Shown piece by piece: positions 22,219 through 35,300 of a stretch of 64,000 nt of DNA. Below the pieces are notes generated by a model. That model made no database searches. It was not told where the DNA came from and was given only the letters and a program-made list of their open reading frames with translations. Origin of the DNA: Dipteris shenzhenensis (Eukaryota). The stretch is from the NCBI GenBank assembly GCA_047967505.1, contig CM106538.1; one strand, 5' to 3'. The translations under genes and the position numbers were made by a program. The stretch's first letter is position 1; each line of letters opens with the position of its first letter.

Positions 22219-23515
22219 AGTCGTGCTAGTAGGGATTGTAAAAATGTATGCATTTGTCCTTCCACGTGGCGCATACCAAATCAGTTGGAGACCAAATCTT
22301 GCGTGGATGTATGTCTAGGGTAGCCTAAGAGGCGTGTGAAGTTTCGTCCCCAACAGATAAGTCCACGTGCGTATTTCATTAGTACGTGCGCCATTTTTCA
22401 TACGTAGTCGTGCTAGTAGGGATTGTAAAAATGTACGCAACTGTCCTTCCATGTGGCGCATACCAAATCAGTTGGGCACCAAATCTTGTGTGGATGTACG
22501 TCTACGGTAGCCTAAGAGTCGTGCGAAGTTTCATTCCCAACAGATAAGTCCACACATGTATTTCGTTAGTACATGCGCCATAGCTCATACGTAGTCGTGC
22601 TAGTAGGGATTGTAAAAATGTACGCATTGTACCTTCCACGTGGCGCATACCAAATCAATTCAGACCAAATCTTGCGTGGATGTACGTCTACGGTAGCCTT
22701 AGAGCCGTGCAAAGTTTAATCTCCAACAGATAAGTCCACATGCATATTTGGTTAGTACGTGCGCCATTTCTCACATGTAGTTGTGCTAGTAGGGATTGTA
22801 AAAATGTACGCATTATACCTTCCACGTGGCGCATACCAAATAAGTTGGAGACCAAATCTTGCGTGGATGTATGTCTAGGGTGGCCTAAGAGTCGTGCGAA
22901 GTTTCATTCCCAACAGATAAATCCACATGTGTATTTCGTTAGTACATGCGCCATAGCTCATACGTAGTCGTGCTAGTAGGGATTGTAAAAATGTACACAG
23001 CTGTCCTTCCATGTGGCGCATACCAAATCAGTTGGGCACCAAATCTTGCGTGGATGTACGTCTACGGTAGCCTAAGAGCCGTGCAAAGTTTAATCTCCAA
23101 CAAATAAGTCCACATGCATATTTGGTTAGTACGTGCGCCATTTCTCACACGTAGTCGTGCTAGTAGGGATTGTAAAAATGTACGCATTATTCCTTCCACG
23201 TGGCGCATACCAAATAAGTTGGAGACCAAATCTTGCGTGGATGTATGTCTAGGGTGGCCTAAGAGTCGTGCGAAGTTTCATTCCCAATAGATAAGTCCAC
23301 ACGCGCATTTCGTTAGTACATGCGCCATAGCTCATACGTAGTCACGAGTGCTAGTAGGGATTGTAAAAATGTACGCATTGTACCTTCCACGTGGCGCATA
23401 CCAAATCAATTCAGACCAAATCTCGCGTGGATGTATGTCTAGGGTGGCCTAAGAGTCGTGCGAAGTTTCATTCCCAACAAGCAAGTCCACACGCGTATTT
23501 CGTTAGTACGTGCGT
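22219..23515 (+). repeat. Tandem satellite type B: 7 x ~187 bp, homologous to type A but without telomeric repeats
   Basis: Unit starts at 22219, 22406, 22593, 22779, 22966, 23153 and 23340. Confidence 0.97.
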
Positions 23516-23849
23516 GAATTTTCTTAGTCACATTTTTAAAATGTCCTAAAGCACAAAACAAATTACAACATTACTACTAATAAACAATTTTTTGTATTAC
23601 AAACACAACAAATCCCATTGAGAAGACATCGGACATCATGTTAAAAATAGAATCTAATACAATGATGTGTATGAACGTGTATACAGCCATCATAGTGAAA
23701 TACAAAATATGAGTCCATGAAAATTACAATGGTACGGTCACACAGTGAGCCTATACATATCGAATACAAAAAAGTGTAATCAACTAGTGATACCCAATAA
23801 AAATCAATCTGATCAACTGATGATCCCAAAAAATATGATATGTAATGTG

Positions 23850-26774
23850 CTACTCCTTAGGATCAGCTCTCATGCCAATAGTTGCAAGTATGCTCTCATG
23901 ATCCGCCACTGCAAGGCGCCATCGTGGAGTGGACGTCGCCTTGCGAGTGCGAACACGACTCAAAGTAATCTTGATCTCAACAACAAGATGAGAATACATG
24001 TATGCCTCCTGATCCGCCATGTACTCCTGGAACTCAATATAGCGACCACGCCTCTGTATCTGCTGAAAATAGTGGCCACCTACGATCATGCTATGAGCAT
24101 TGAAGTGCATCCCATGCCCATCCACTGTATCCTCATTCAGCACACTCTTCAGCATAGAGCATCGCAACAAGTAATAATCCACACCCTCCTCATTGCCCTC
24201 TGAAGCAATAACCGTGAAGATATCACCAATACGCAAAATATCTGTAAGCTGGCCATAATCTCTAGAGGAACTGAATCCCGCATCCTAATCATCATGTATC
24301 TCCTCCCAAGGCTGGAAGGGAGAAAGCACTCGCCGTACCCATGGATCGGCCCATGGTATCATGGAGCACCCTCCCCAATCATCATCAATGCATGCAGAGC
24401 AAAAACATGCAAACCGTCGAGAAAAGATCGTGGGGTGAGACTCACCTACGCTCCTGATGGAATGGAAATCAAGAGTGCCAGGCACAGAACGACAATCAAA
24501 AGGCCTCGACCGATCAAGACTCCCAATGTCCACGCACCAAAAATACCGGCTCACCACCCTATCGTCACGCGACTAAAACGAGGACGCAGCACTAGTGGAT
24601 AAGTGCTGGCTGCACCACCGCACCACATCATGTGCATCCTTGAAGCGATCGGCACTGTGACGCAATTGGTATCGACGCAAAGCACGCTTCACGCAAGCAC
24701 CTGCACCATCGTGCTCTCCCTTACTGTGCCCTGTCTCGAAGTAGCTCCATGTGATCGGAATGCCTGTCTCACGGTGCCATCTGCAGAACCAATAAAACTG
24801 TCTAGCGGATTTGAACTGACCACCGCAACCGTCTGACCAGATCCAGCGCCGCTGCCATGTGACACCATGATCCCTCAAGAAACTATCATGCAAAGTGAAG
24901 CAATGCTGCACAAAATGGGCATCATGCGATCGATCATCACTAATGTAGAAGTGATACTCTCGCACAATGATGCGTGAGTCCATGGTGCTATCAATGCCAT
25001 CCACATGAGCCTGTGCATGACGATAGCTAATGTGCACAAATATAGCAACCTGCAATATGGCATTGAAAAAAAAATATGACTATTGAAATAATTCAATATA
25101 ATGAGGCGGGGAAAAAATCAATACTCAATCACACGTCACCTGTTCGGAGAAATAATACTCCGATTGGATCTCATGCTGTGGTGCAAAGGTGTAATTCTCC
25201 ACAAAGTCCACCACTTAGACAACCACCCCTATAGGAAATGTCCTCAAACATGCACGAAACTGACGATCCTCCCATTTCGCAGTGTGCGAGTGGCGTATGT
25301 AGCGGTACAGCTTCCCTCGAAAACAGTCAATGAATATAACACGTGGTGTCTCCTTCCCCACAAGCTGCAACCTCCTCGACTGTGCACCACCATCTAATGT
25401 CAAGGTACAGTACTCATAATGCTGCCAACGAACCATCTGCACATCACAAGTATCTAGTGCAACTCGTGGCACTCTAGCAAAGTCACCACACAAAGTACAC
25501 GTGCCTTCCACACAATCAAGGGAGTGTAATAAAGCATCACCATCTCATGTACACAATATGGAATGAATGAAGTCGCGAGGGCTAGTAGGAACCACTCCCC
25601 TATGACCATCAAGGGAACGGAATACGTCATACATCAATCCAAAATCCACATGGTAGCGACAACAGCATGTGTCACGCTCCTGAGAGCATCGCACAAACCA
25701 TGGCCTGCATTGCTCAAATGACCTCTGCCCAATCTTGAACTCCGGGTGGGCCTCTACAAACTGAGTGTACAACTCAGTCTGGGTACACTCCAAAAAACAT
25801 GCACCATGCTCAATGTACACACCGCGTGACACCCTCTTCCACAATGCCTTTTTGAACACCGGGGATGCTCTGCAATGCTCCTCCCAAAACTGTTGTATGA
25901 AGGACCTAGTGGAATCATCCAACAATCGATTGCTGCAAGGTGCACGACCACTCGAAGCCCAAAGAGCATCAGTCTCACTATCCTCTAGACTCTGCCTCCT
26001 AATGATGCCTGCTCGCAATGTGCGTGGTGCAATCTGAAGAAGACGTGAAGCGGTACGCACATGGCCTATCATATGAGGTCTACTAATGGTAGCCACAATA
26101 GCACGACGTGCTGCCAAGGCATCACTGGAGTTCCTATGCTTAATAGAAGCATAGGAACGTCGAACACTACTAAGGACCTCGCTAGATACAACCCTATCTC
26201 TATGTGCACCAAGACCAACAAGCCTCCTACACTCTACCAAGTCAGGGTGATCAATCAGGGACGTAAGAAGAGAAGACTGCGAAGCTGGCGTGAGGTCACA
26301 AAAAAAAGACTGCACAATCTTGCTAGTACGACGACGGATAGTGGACTTCGGCAAGTCACGTCGTGAAGCAACATTGCTGCTGCAAGGTGGGGCAAGGGGA
26401 TCAATGGGAGATGGTAGGGTGGACGGGGGAAGGGAGGCGCCAAGCGGAGCGGGGGGAGGGGGAGGGGGAGGGGGAGGGGGGAGGGTGGAGGGGGAAGAGG
26501 TAGAGGTGGAGGCCAAAATGTAGGTGGCTAGGGGAAGGGCGGAGGCTAGAGGTAGGAGAGCGGATGAGCATGGGGGGACAATGGAGGTGGGGGTGGGGGT
26601 GGAGGTGGGATGTAGAGGTAGAGCTGGAGGTGGATCAGTGGTGGCAGCGCGAGCTCGAGCTCTAGAGGCTCTCTTGCGCTCACGAGCCTTCCGCTTGCGC
26701 TCCTCGTCAATGAGATTTGGGGGGGGGTTCCTACATCTTTCATGTCTACTAGCTCTACGGCTTTGAGAACCCAT
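23850..26774 (-). pseudogene. Sola2-like DDD transposase (~945 codons), one intron, four in-frame stops, no frameshift
   Basis: Intron 25050-25139. Motifs VDFVENY..QHEIQSEYY, YISDDRSHD, WIWSDGCGGQFKS, WSYFETGHSKGEHDGAG, TCCCRYH and RRFACFCSAC. Stops at 25545, 25215, 24573 and 24285. Confidence 0.82.
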
Positions 26775-27023
26775 TCTCAATGAAAGTCGGATGGAAGGTG
26801 TGACAAAGTGATGAGGAGGCAAGAATGGCTAAGAATGGGTGAAATGAACCAAAACGTGGTGTCTTATAGAGAGCCTCAACTCATCCACTAGATTGCTCTT
26901 AGATTGCTCTTCATTATTATTAGTGGAGAGGTGCTAAGATTGATACTAATTGGCTTAGTTTTGGTGGAGAGGTCTGCTATGCCCAGAGCCCCGATCATAT
27001 ACCTTGATCCTTGATCAGACCTT

Positions 27024-27220
27024 ATACCTCGATCGAGGTATTCAGTGCATTGCGCATGTATGTATGAACCTCGATCGAGGTATCTCTAGGTGTCGAGGTA
27101 TTCAGTGCATTGCGCATGTATGTATGAACCTCGATCGAGGTATCTCTAGGTGTCCTCGGTCACATACCTCGAACGAGGTATTGTATGCCTCACCCAGGTT
27201 ATATACCTCGATCGAGGTAT
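27024..27220. repeat. Right-hand cluster of TACCTCGATCGAGGTA palindromes (~5), including a 60-bp tandem duplication
   Basis: Same motif as 13373-14010; lies just upstream of the transposase start. Confidence 0.92.
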
Positions 27221-28521
27221 TGTATGCCTCGCACATCGTCATGTATATACATCTGGCTGATGTGGCACCATGCATGGTCATGATGTGGTAATATAGTCTC
27301 TTCCTGCATGGTCATGATGTGGTATTGGGCCTCTTCGATGACATTGAAAGGTGATGTGGCATGATGAGTTGGCATTCATGAGGTGGTAGATTGACATGGC
27401 AAATTGAGGTGGAGGGATTGGTGACGTGGCAAGGTTGAGGAGGTATGCCAAGGTGGCATTGTGTGATCACATGGCTGATGATGTGGAATGATGAGGTGGC
27501 ACATGTGGCAGCACGTGTGGCAATGTAAGGTGACATGGCAAGGAGTGATGTCACATCTGCTTGATGAGATGGCACCACGTGGTCTAACAACGTGGCATGG
27601 TTTTGATGACTCAGCCTTCCACATGGGCAGCATGCAGACTCCAAAGGCTTGCCACTAGGATCGGTGATGCTCCTAGCCTACCTCACCAAGCCTAATACCA
27701 AGCCTACCTTGTCTTGGTATTAGGCTTGGGTGGCCCTTTTTCCCCCACAAAAGGGAGATTTAATTGTTGGAGGCCATTTCGTACGTTTCCCTTACTCAAA
27801 TTTAACCAAAATTTTTTCCTCTTATTCATCATGCAGAGGACTAAAAATATTGACATTTTTGAAATGTTTGGTTATGTTTGAGAATTACTAGATTTATTTT
27901 TAATATTCTTTGTTGATCCTCTAAGGAGTAAAAGTAAAAATTAAACTTCAATCTTCCTAAATCTAACCGTTGGATTTGGGATTTGATGATTCAACCACAC
28001 ACCCTTATGTGCCTACTAACCTTCCACCGAATTGGATTTGCTTAATTATTCAAAATACTAAAAAAAAGTGGTGTGCTACTAAAATGCATGTATTTTATGA
28101 CTTTATTTATTATAAATAATTATTTATAATTAGATAAATCATTCAAAAAATTACCAATAAATCAAGTTAAGCTCTACATAATGCAAAGAGACCACTTACA
28201 AAGTTTCAATAACATTTAATCTAAAATGAGTGAGAAATTTAGAATTTAATATGACACTCTTTGTTCGTGACAAACGTGTGACCACCCTGGAACCATGCCG
28301 TGTGACACAAAGAAATTTTCTGTGTGTGCATCGAATTTTCGATCAGACTATACGATTGTGTGCACAATAGCAAGTGTGATGTTGTGTCAGAAGACTTCAA
28401 AGACTAGATCCATAGGGAAGTAGGTGAGATTTGCATTTTTATGTGCTAAAAAGCTTGTTTTTCCACCTCCTTAGGATTGGGGAGTGAACAAAAAGTGGAC
28501 ACCCTTAGCTTGCTACCACCC

Positions 28522-29080
28522 ATATGTATATCCAGGCAAATCATGCTGCAAAGAAAGCCAAATGTCTCCTGCTTGTGTATGTGCCATAAGATGATTCCAT
28601 TTTCTTTGCTCAAGCTAAAGCATGTGTGAGTTTCCTGTAGTGTTATCTCTAGGCCTAGGAGAGTTGTTGAAGTCCCCTCCAAGGAAGGCAACTGATCTCC
28701 AGGGATATGCAGCAATAGACGCCCACATGTCAGCCCTGTGGGTAGATACCTGAGAGGCATAAACAGCAGCAATCTCATAAATGTCACCAAGGATACATAT
28801 TTGCATAACCATCCATCTCCCTAGGGAATCATTGTAAGCAACCTGGGGCTGTAAATCATGTTTGACTAGCATAGCAAGGCCTGAATAGTCAGTCACCTGA
28901 ATAAAAGATATCGTATCCTCTAAAGTAACTAACATCTCCAGCCATAGCATGTTGATTATGCTCTTGCAGACATATCACATCAGGCTGGTACCTCATAACA
29001 TAACTCCAAAATAGCCTCCATTTGTTTCTATTACAGAGGCCCTGTATGTTATAGGTAATACACTTGTTTGTAGTGATCAT
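28522..29080 (-). pseudogene. LINE ORF2 5' part: APE-type endonuclease
   Basis: CITYNIQGL, PDVICLQEH, SGLAMLV, AAVYAS and AFLGGDFN. Confidence 0.92.
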
Positions 29081-29199
29081 AATGGGATGTATAGATGATA
29101 GGAACACAAGTATATACAAAAGTAGAAAGCATCTAACATCAAAGTAAAAAAAGCCAACATGGCTATGTCTCAGCCATGGCATCTGCATCACCTAAAGTT

Positions 29200-30385
29200 G
29201 CAAAAGCATTGGCATCTTCATAAACAGGAATGTTCCTTTGGATGACAATATTCAAAGGCTCCTCAAGAAATGTCTATGAGGAGGAGGCTACATTTGTCTA
29301 TCTTGGTAAAGCAGAATCCACATCCCAATGCCTAGATTGCAAAGGTCTATTCCATAGGTTAATCTTTTTCCTTTGAGTCTGCCACTCTAGTTGAGAGTCT
29401 GAGCCATAATCAACTATTTTGGCCTTTCCTTTGTCTTTAACGTTGACTTCCTGCATGCAAAGAAACCTTATTTCTAATTTGTGTCACAGCTTTAGCATTC
29501 TTCTCACTAGGCTTGTTAATAACTTTTTTCCCCTCCTTAGGCTAAATAGGAGCAGTGTCCCTTGATATGGCAGTAGGAGGTGGCTGATGTAATACAGACA
29601 GACACTCAAAAGCCAAGTGTCCAAACTTATGACATGAGAAGCAAGCACCAGCAAAAACACCCCATTTTAATTTGAAATATTTCTCCCCTAGATTGATACC
29701 ATCAATCTCAACTGCTATAGAAGATGGTGTTTCTCTATCTATGTCCCATAGTATGCAAAACCTGTTCCTGTTGCCAACATTGCGAGGCTTGCATATAACT
29801 TGTCCAAGTGTAGATGCAATGGTAGCTAGCTGTGGACGCATGGTCAGGAAAATCAACCACCTCTACCCAAAGTGCACAGTTATGTTTAATAAGACTCTGA
29901 TAGTCTTTGTTGGGCGACCAGGGCATAACATGAACCATCTGTCTGCCATAGAACAAAGGTGACATCTCTAGCATGCGTTGCTTTTGAAGGGCATCCAACA
30001 AGTGAACTTTATAAAAGCCTCTTGAAGCAAAGTACACCCCCTTCACAAAAGAGCCCTCAAGCAGGGAATTAATCCACTGTCCAACATCGCTTGCAGAAGG
30101 CAATTTTCCAGGGAAGAAGATGATTATTGCTGTTTGTGAGAGTGTTTTCAAGGGATCCACCAAAGAGGGCAAGCTCAATTTCACCTTAACCGAAGGTGTT
30201 GCATCAGTCCAATGCTGTCGAGTAAGCTGAAAATAATCTTTTAGCATGTTGTATACATACTTGGCATCATCCATATCTACATTTTCACTTGTAACTTGAA
30301 ATGCTGAAGCCTCATAGCATTGTCGTTTTGCTTCTGAGGAGTGCTCCTTGCGGGTGTAAGCAATCATCTGAGCAGCATTATCCAT
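29200..30385 (-). pseudogene. LINE ORF1 (nucleic-acid-binding protein with CCHC knuckle), frameshifted
   Basis: RGFYKVHL..SPLFYGRQMVHVMPWSP..ALWVEVVDFP and CFSCHKFGHLAFEC, located upstream of ORF2. Confidence 0.85.
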
Positions 30386-30842
30386 GTTGCAAATCGAAGC
30401 AGGAAAGGAAGGAAGGAAGGGGCAAATCAGCAGCTACGTGGGTCAGGTATCAGCAGCGGCAAGAGAGACACGCTGGGTGGGTAGAGACCAATAGAAGCTG
30501 TGTAATAGAAGTGGTCAAACAGATACAGAAGGCAGATAGTAAGTACGCGGGGCAGGTATCAGCAGCTACGTGGGAGAGACACTTTGGGTGGGTAGAGACC
30601 AACAGAAGCTGCGGAATAAAACTGGTCGAACAGAAACGGAAAGGAGACAGCAGCGTCGGTTTACAGACGGACACTGAGGGCATCGTAGGACTGATGAAAA
30701 TGGAGAAGCTTAAAGCAGTTCGACCAGGAAGAGGTATCGAATCAATCAACAAACCAAAGAGTGGACGATAAGCAGGGCGTGCAGGAGATATCGATGCTGT
30801 GGGAGACGCAGGCTGTTGACGAAGCTCTCCATCGCCACACCT

Positions 30843-30915
30843 CACACACACACACACACACACATTCACACACACACACACACACGCATGCACGCACGCA
30901 GTAATCACACACACA
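30843..30915. repeat. (CA)n microsatellite at the LINE 5' boundary
   Basis: Seen directly. Confidence 0.95.
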
Positions 30916-33499
30916 TCCCCTTGGAGACCATGGTGTCCTCCAACTGGTGGTTGGGTGATGATGTGTATACTTAAGCACTGGATGCATTTATATTCAATCT
31001 TATTGAATGGGAGAATTTTGCTTTTGGCATTGATTTAACATGGAATTAGTCTAGTAAAGATAATGGAGAAACATGGCCTTGACCAAATGAAAAATTAGAA
31101 GAGGGCCATATATATGAAAAGATCATGTGTTAATACTTATTAAATACTATCAAGGACATATTGTCGTCGAGATTAGTGACTAGTGTACATATTGTAGTGT
31201 CAATGGCAAGGAATTTAATGGTAATATATAAGTCATGAACATGAAGGACCCCAAGTGCCCCCACTTTCTTTGAGATGAATGCCCATGGACTAGTAGATAG
31301 TGAAATCCAACGGAATGTGACTAATGGAAGTTGTAAAAATGCAAGTTGTTGAGCACTTACCTTGGCTGCTTTCTAGCAAAGAGTAAATGCATGGGGAAGT
31401 ACATCTTCCTCCTCGCTCTCTCTCCCTATTACCAAGATGGAATTTCCAATGCACTTTACACAAGAAGGATAAAGGTGGACTGCATACACAGCTCCCAAGC
31501 ACATGTTGCAAGGGGATGGGACTACTCCACCGCTCTATGAGAAGATTTGGAATAATGGACTTGCACCCTCGACATGGACCAGTCGGGAGGACTTGGAACG
31601 AAAAGGTAAGGAGACTTTTGCCCTCCTTCCTCAAAAATCTTTCTGTGAAGGGCGAGATGATCGTTCAAGATTAAACTTCAGAGAGTCATACCTGCTGCCT
31701 AAGCGTGAGACAATGAGCTCTGTTAAGGCTTCCCCTAAGCCGTCGACCATTGTCTTCTTCACGGGTCGTGGCTTCCTGCTCATAAAGTAGATCATGCACT
31801 ATAGCTCCTTTTCTGTCTTCACGTGGCTATTCGAACTATTCATGAGCTTCTACAGCTCCATGCTTGGCAAGACTCGTCTATGTAGCTGACGGTGTCTTTT
31901 AGTTACTCTGCGTAGCTCTGCAACCTTATAACCACCTCCCGTCAAAATGCCGTAGTCATCCTTAGCCACAAAAAGCAGGGCAACTATGAACTGCCAAAAG
32001 CAAGGCTTTCGTAGCATCTCGTTCTCTCATGTTCTTTCTCCCGAGTCTCTAGATAGTCTTATAACCTAGTCTTATAACCCGAGAGATTACACGAACTGAT
32101 CACCGTGCCCTCGCTTATATCTGCTACTCACGAACTCACGGCAGATATTCTTATATTGAAGCTAATGCTTCGTGTTTGGTCACGAATGGAGGAGCAGTAT
32201 TTATCCCCTGTGGCGCACCTCATAGTAATTGTGACCATCGAGATTTTACTTCTCTGGCTCACCCCAGGAGAGATCATTAGTTCGAGCTGAGAGCAGGCAG
32301 ATGGTCCGTCAGTAAGCTCTGTGCAACAGTATTAGTTGGGAGGCTCCCGGCTAGCTCTATTCCACGAGATAGTATTTCTGCATATATTGTGATATTTGCT
32401 ACACAACACGATAGACCAACACGATAGACACAAGGGATGATTTGAGTTCACAAAGTTTCCTCAGTCGAATAGATGAACTCATTTAATCGTAGGTGAGATT
32501 CGCAAGAGACCAGAACAGTCGCCTTCCCTCCACTATTGCCAGAACAGTCTCTCGATGCAGGTCCAGGTAATAGTCACTCGACTATTAGATTGTAGGAATG
32601 GTGAGTTGAAACATCCGACACTCCAGCTGCACCTATGAAACACGGTCGTTTCGAGTCTCCTCCTCTCTGTTAGGTTCATAATGCTCCAACCTACAAGTCT
32701 GGGGCTTGTTTAAAACGCTATCTACTCGGTAATGCTTGTCGCCTACGCTGGCCGGCTTTAACTTCAGAAATCATGTTTGGACCTTGGAGATCTACTGCGT
32801 AGCAAAACTCAAGCCGCCTTTGGGTTCGAAGTCTCTACTAAGATAAACACTAGATAAGGAGGCGAAGAAGGAACACTACATAATTTTATTTTGGGTTCGA
32901 TATATACGGAAACTGGAACCGTGAAAGCGAAGAAATGGTCATCTTCACAGTTCCCTTGTCTTCTTCACTTGTCTCTCTTTACTTTTCAAGCATGCGAGAA
33001 TCACACCACGGTCGCTTTCTGAGAAAAGATGTCGCTGGTGCAACCGAAACGCTCACAATAGCCCTGATCTGTAATGATAAATATGCGCCTTGTTGCATGT
33101 ATCCTTGGGCGGCCAAGGATCGTCTGGTTGCCCGAGAAAGGTTACCCATGCATAACGACAGAAGTCGATCTGCACTTGGTTCTAGGAACGGGGAAGGGAA
33201 GATTTCGGTGACCTCGACGTATTGCGCCCTGTCGTATTGTTTTACGCATAAGAAAGAATTTCCTTGGCTACATTACGACGTTGAGATTGTAGGAGGTTGT
33301 AAGCCCAGAGGCTCTGAACTCAGTACACGGTCCCTTCCTGCACACACACACACAGATCTCTAGGAAGGCAGTATATTTCACTTCAACATTGAGGCTTCTT
33401 CTTTACGTGTAGAAAGTCATCACGTTAAGGCATCACGATAGTCTAATTGAATCCAAAATGTTTCTTTCAAGAATTTATACGATATTTTATAGTTGTTAA

Positions 33500-35300
33500 T
33501 AGTTAACACACCTGTTAAAAGGTTGTCATATGACTATATCGTGTTTCTAAGAATTTTGCTCATAGCATGGAAGAGTACTATGATTTGGGTGAATGGATCA
33601 TGAGATATCGGCGGGACATGTTTTAAGTGTGGATAAGTTACCATAGAATAAGGTGCTATGGCTCTTTAGTTGCCATGGGATAACTTGCCATGGATTTTTA
33701 TATTTCTTAAGTACACGAATTTTTCAAAGGATGCCATGAAAATTTATGTTTCCCATGAAGCTTGTTGCATGATATTTTTGGGAGATAGGATAGGATTGGA
33801 TATGAGCACGGTCCATTTTCAGGATTACTCAAGCAAGAAAATGGATGAAGTCCTTGGTATTTTTTGGGCATTCATTAATATATGATTTCGACCAAAGTAA
33901 TTAGGAATTTCTCTTTATTATAAAGATTCCGTTAGAGAAATTCCTAAGCGCAGGAATCAGGACCTTGTGATTTCTTTGGAGTATAAGGAAAATTTCCTTC
34001 GTGATGAAATGTAATTATGATCCCCCTAACCTTTTACTACTCACTCATCTTACCTCTTGGCTTCATGCCATTACTCGAGCCTTTGAGCATGCTTATGGAA
34101 GAGGATGTAAGGGTCTCATTGAAGGTCCCCTAGCATTGGATTCTCCTTATATGGTTTCCTAGCGCATTCCCTTCCCAAAACTGATAAGTATATGCAAGTG
34201 GGGCAAGTTTATTATGTTAAGAGGGAAACTTTACTCTTAGACATTCTCTTACTACAGTTTGTTACTTGGGAATCATACACTTACACTAAGGCTACTTGGG
34301 ATTCCTATACTATAGACATGAAGTTCATTGCTTGAAAAGAACAATATAAAGATGGCATTTCTAGTATTATAGAGATTAATGTTTTTGTTAGGTTTAGGAT
34401 TTGGGTGACTTTGGTAAGATTTCCGTTTCGACCATATGGTGAGATTGTTTTGGCATTCTTTAATCCAAGGTGATAAACACTATACCATTGGAACTTGGAA
34501 TTTGTGTTTAAATTGAAACAAGGGAATGGGAAACATGAGGAGAAAGAGCAATGTCTTTGATGATTATTATTTGAGGATTTCTTTATGGTACAAATTTTCC
34601 TTTATGGTGAATGGATTGATGCTTTTAGGTGCCACTTGTTTGGCCTCTATGCTATCCTCCTACCCATTGGCATCTTATCACAATATGTTATGCCTAGGAT
34701 GTCATTGACGTTTGAAGAGATTTTCGGGCCCTATGTTCTAGATTATTCAAGTGAAAAATGTGATCATCTTGGATATATGTTGAGTCAAGATACATATTAT
34801 CTACCCTTTCATCTATATGCAGGTTTATATCCATTTTTTTAGGGTTCTTGTGTGCAGGCCTAACATGATGCAACATCATGATTGGTTGAGGTTTGATCAA
34901 AAGACTTGGTTGGAATACCCAAATTTATGGTTTACTTGAGATTCCCACTTATTAATTGGATTAACTAAAATTTTATATGCATTTCTTCATATCTTTAATT
35001 GCCCACCTCTGATTACTATTGAATAGTAAAATGCCAAGATTTGATTATGCTATTCTAGATCGAGTGACACGGATAACAACTGTGTGCCAGTATTGAAGCC
35101 TGTAATCCCACAATTCATAGCATACATGTTCTAACGGGCTATGTTTGTGAATGGATGCAGGTGAGTTGGCATACCTCTCCATCAGGTTTGCATTAGAAAA
35201 TCTAATGCAAGAAGACACGGTGTTGGCAACTTCGAGAAACACTCTACAATGGATTTTCTCCAAGTATTGTTAAATGTAATTGAACTCTGTATTGGAGACT
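33500..35300 (+). mobile_element. Very degenerate retrotransposon-like remnant
   Basis: Decayed coding-like, CpG-depleted sequence with no confidently readable catalytic motif. Confidence 0.25.

Larger units (their letters stand above)
13275..28521 (-). mobile_element. 15.2 kb Sola2-like DNA transposon with cargo gene and internal satellites
   Basis: 29-bp TIRs GGG(A/T)GGTAGCAAGCTAAGGGTGTCCACTT at 13275-13303 and 28493-28521. 4-bp TSD ATAT at 13271-13274 and 28522-28525. Excision restores LINE APE PGYTY|HHNP. The transposase motifs are Sola-like. Confidence 0.88.
1459..30838 (-). mobile_element. L1/Tx1-like non-LTR retrotransposon (LINE), near full length (~5.6 kb reconstructed), interrupted by two DNA transposons
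   Basis: Three collinear pieces: 28522-30838 (5'UTR, ORF1, APE start), 12355-13274 (APE end, linker, RT start) and 1459-3851 (RT, CCHC, 3'UTR, A7 tail seen as T7 at 1459-1465). The reading frame rejoins across both insertions. Confidence 0.9.

Noticed and set aside
21350-22220. True chromosome end / telomere
   Set aside because: The TTTAGGG runs are short, periodic and enclosed in an element with intact TIRs and TSD.
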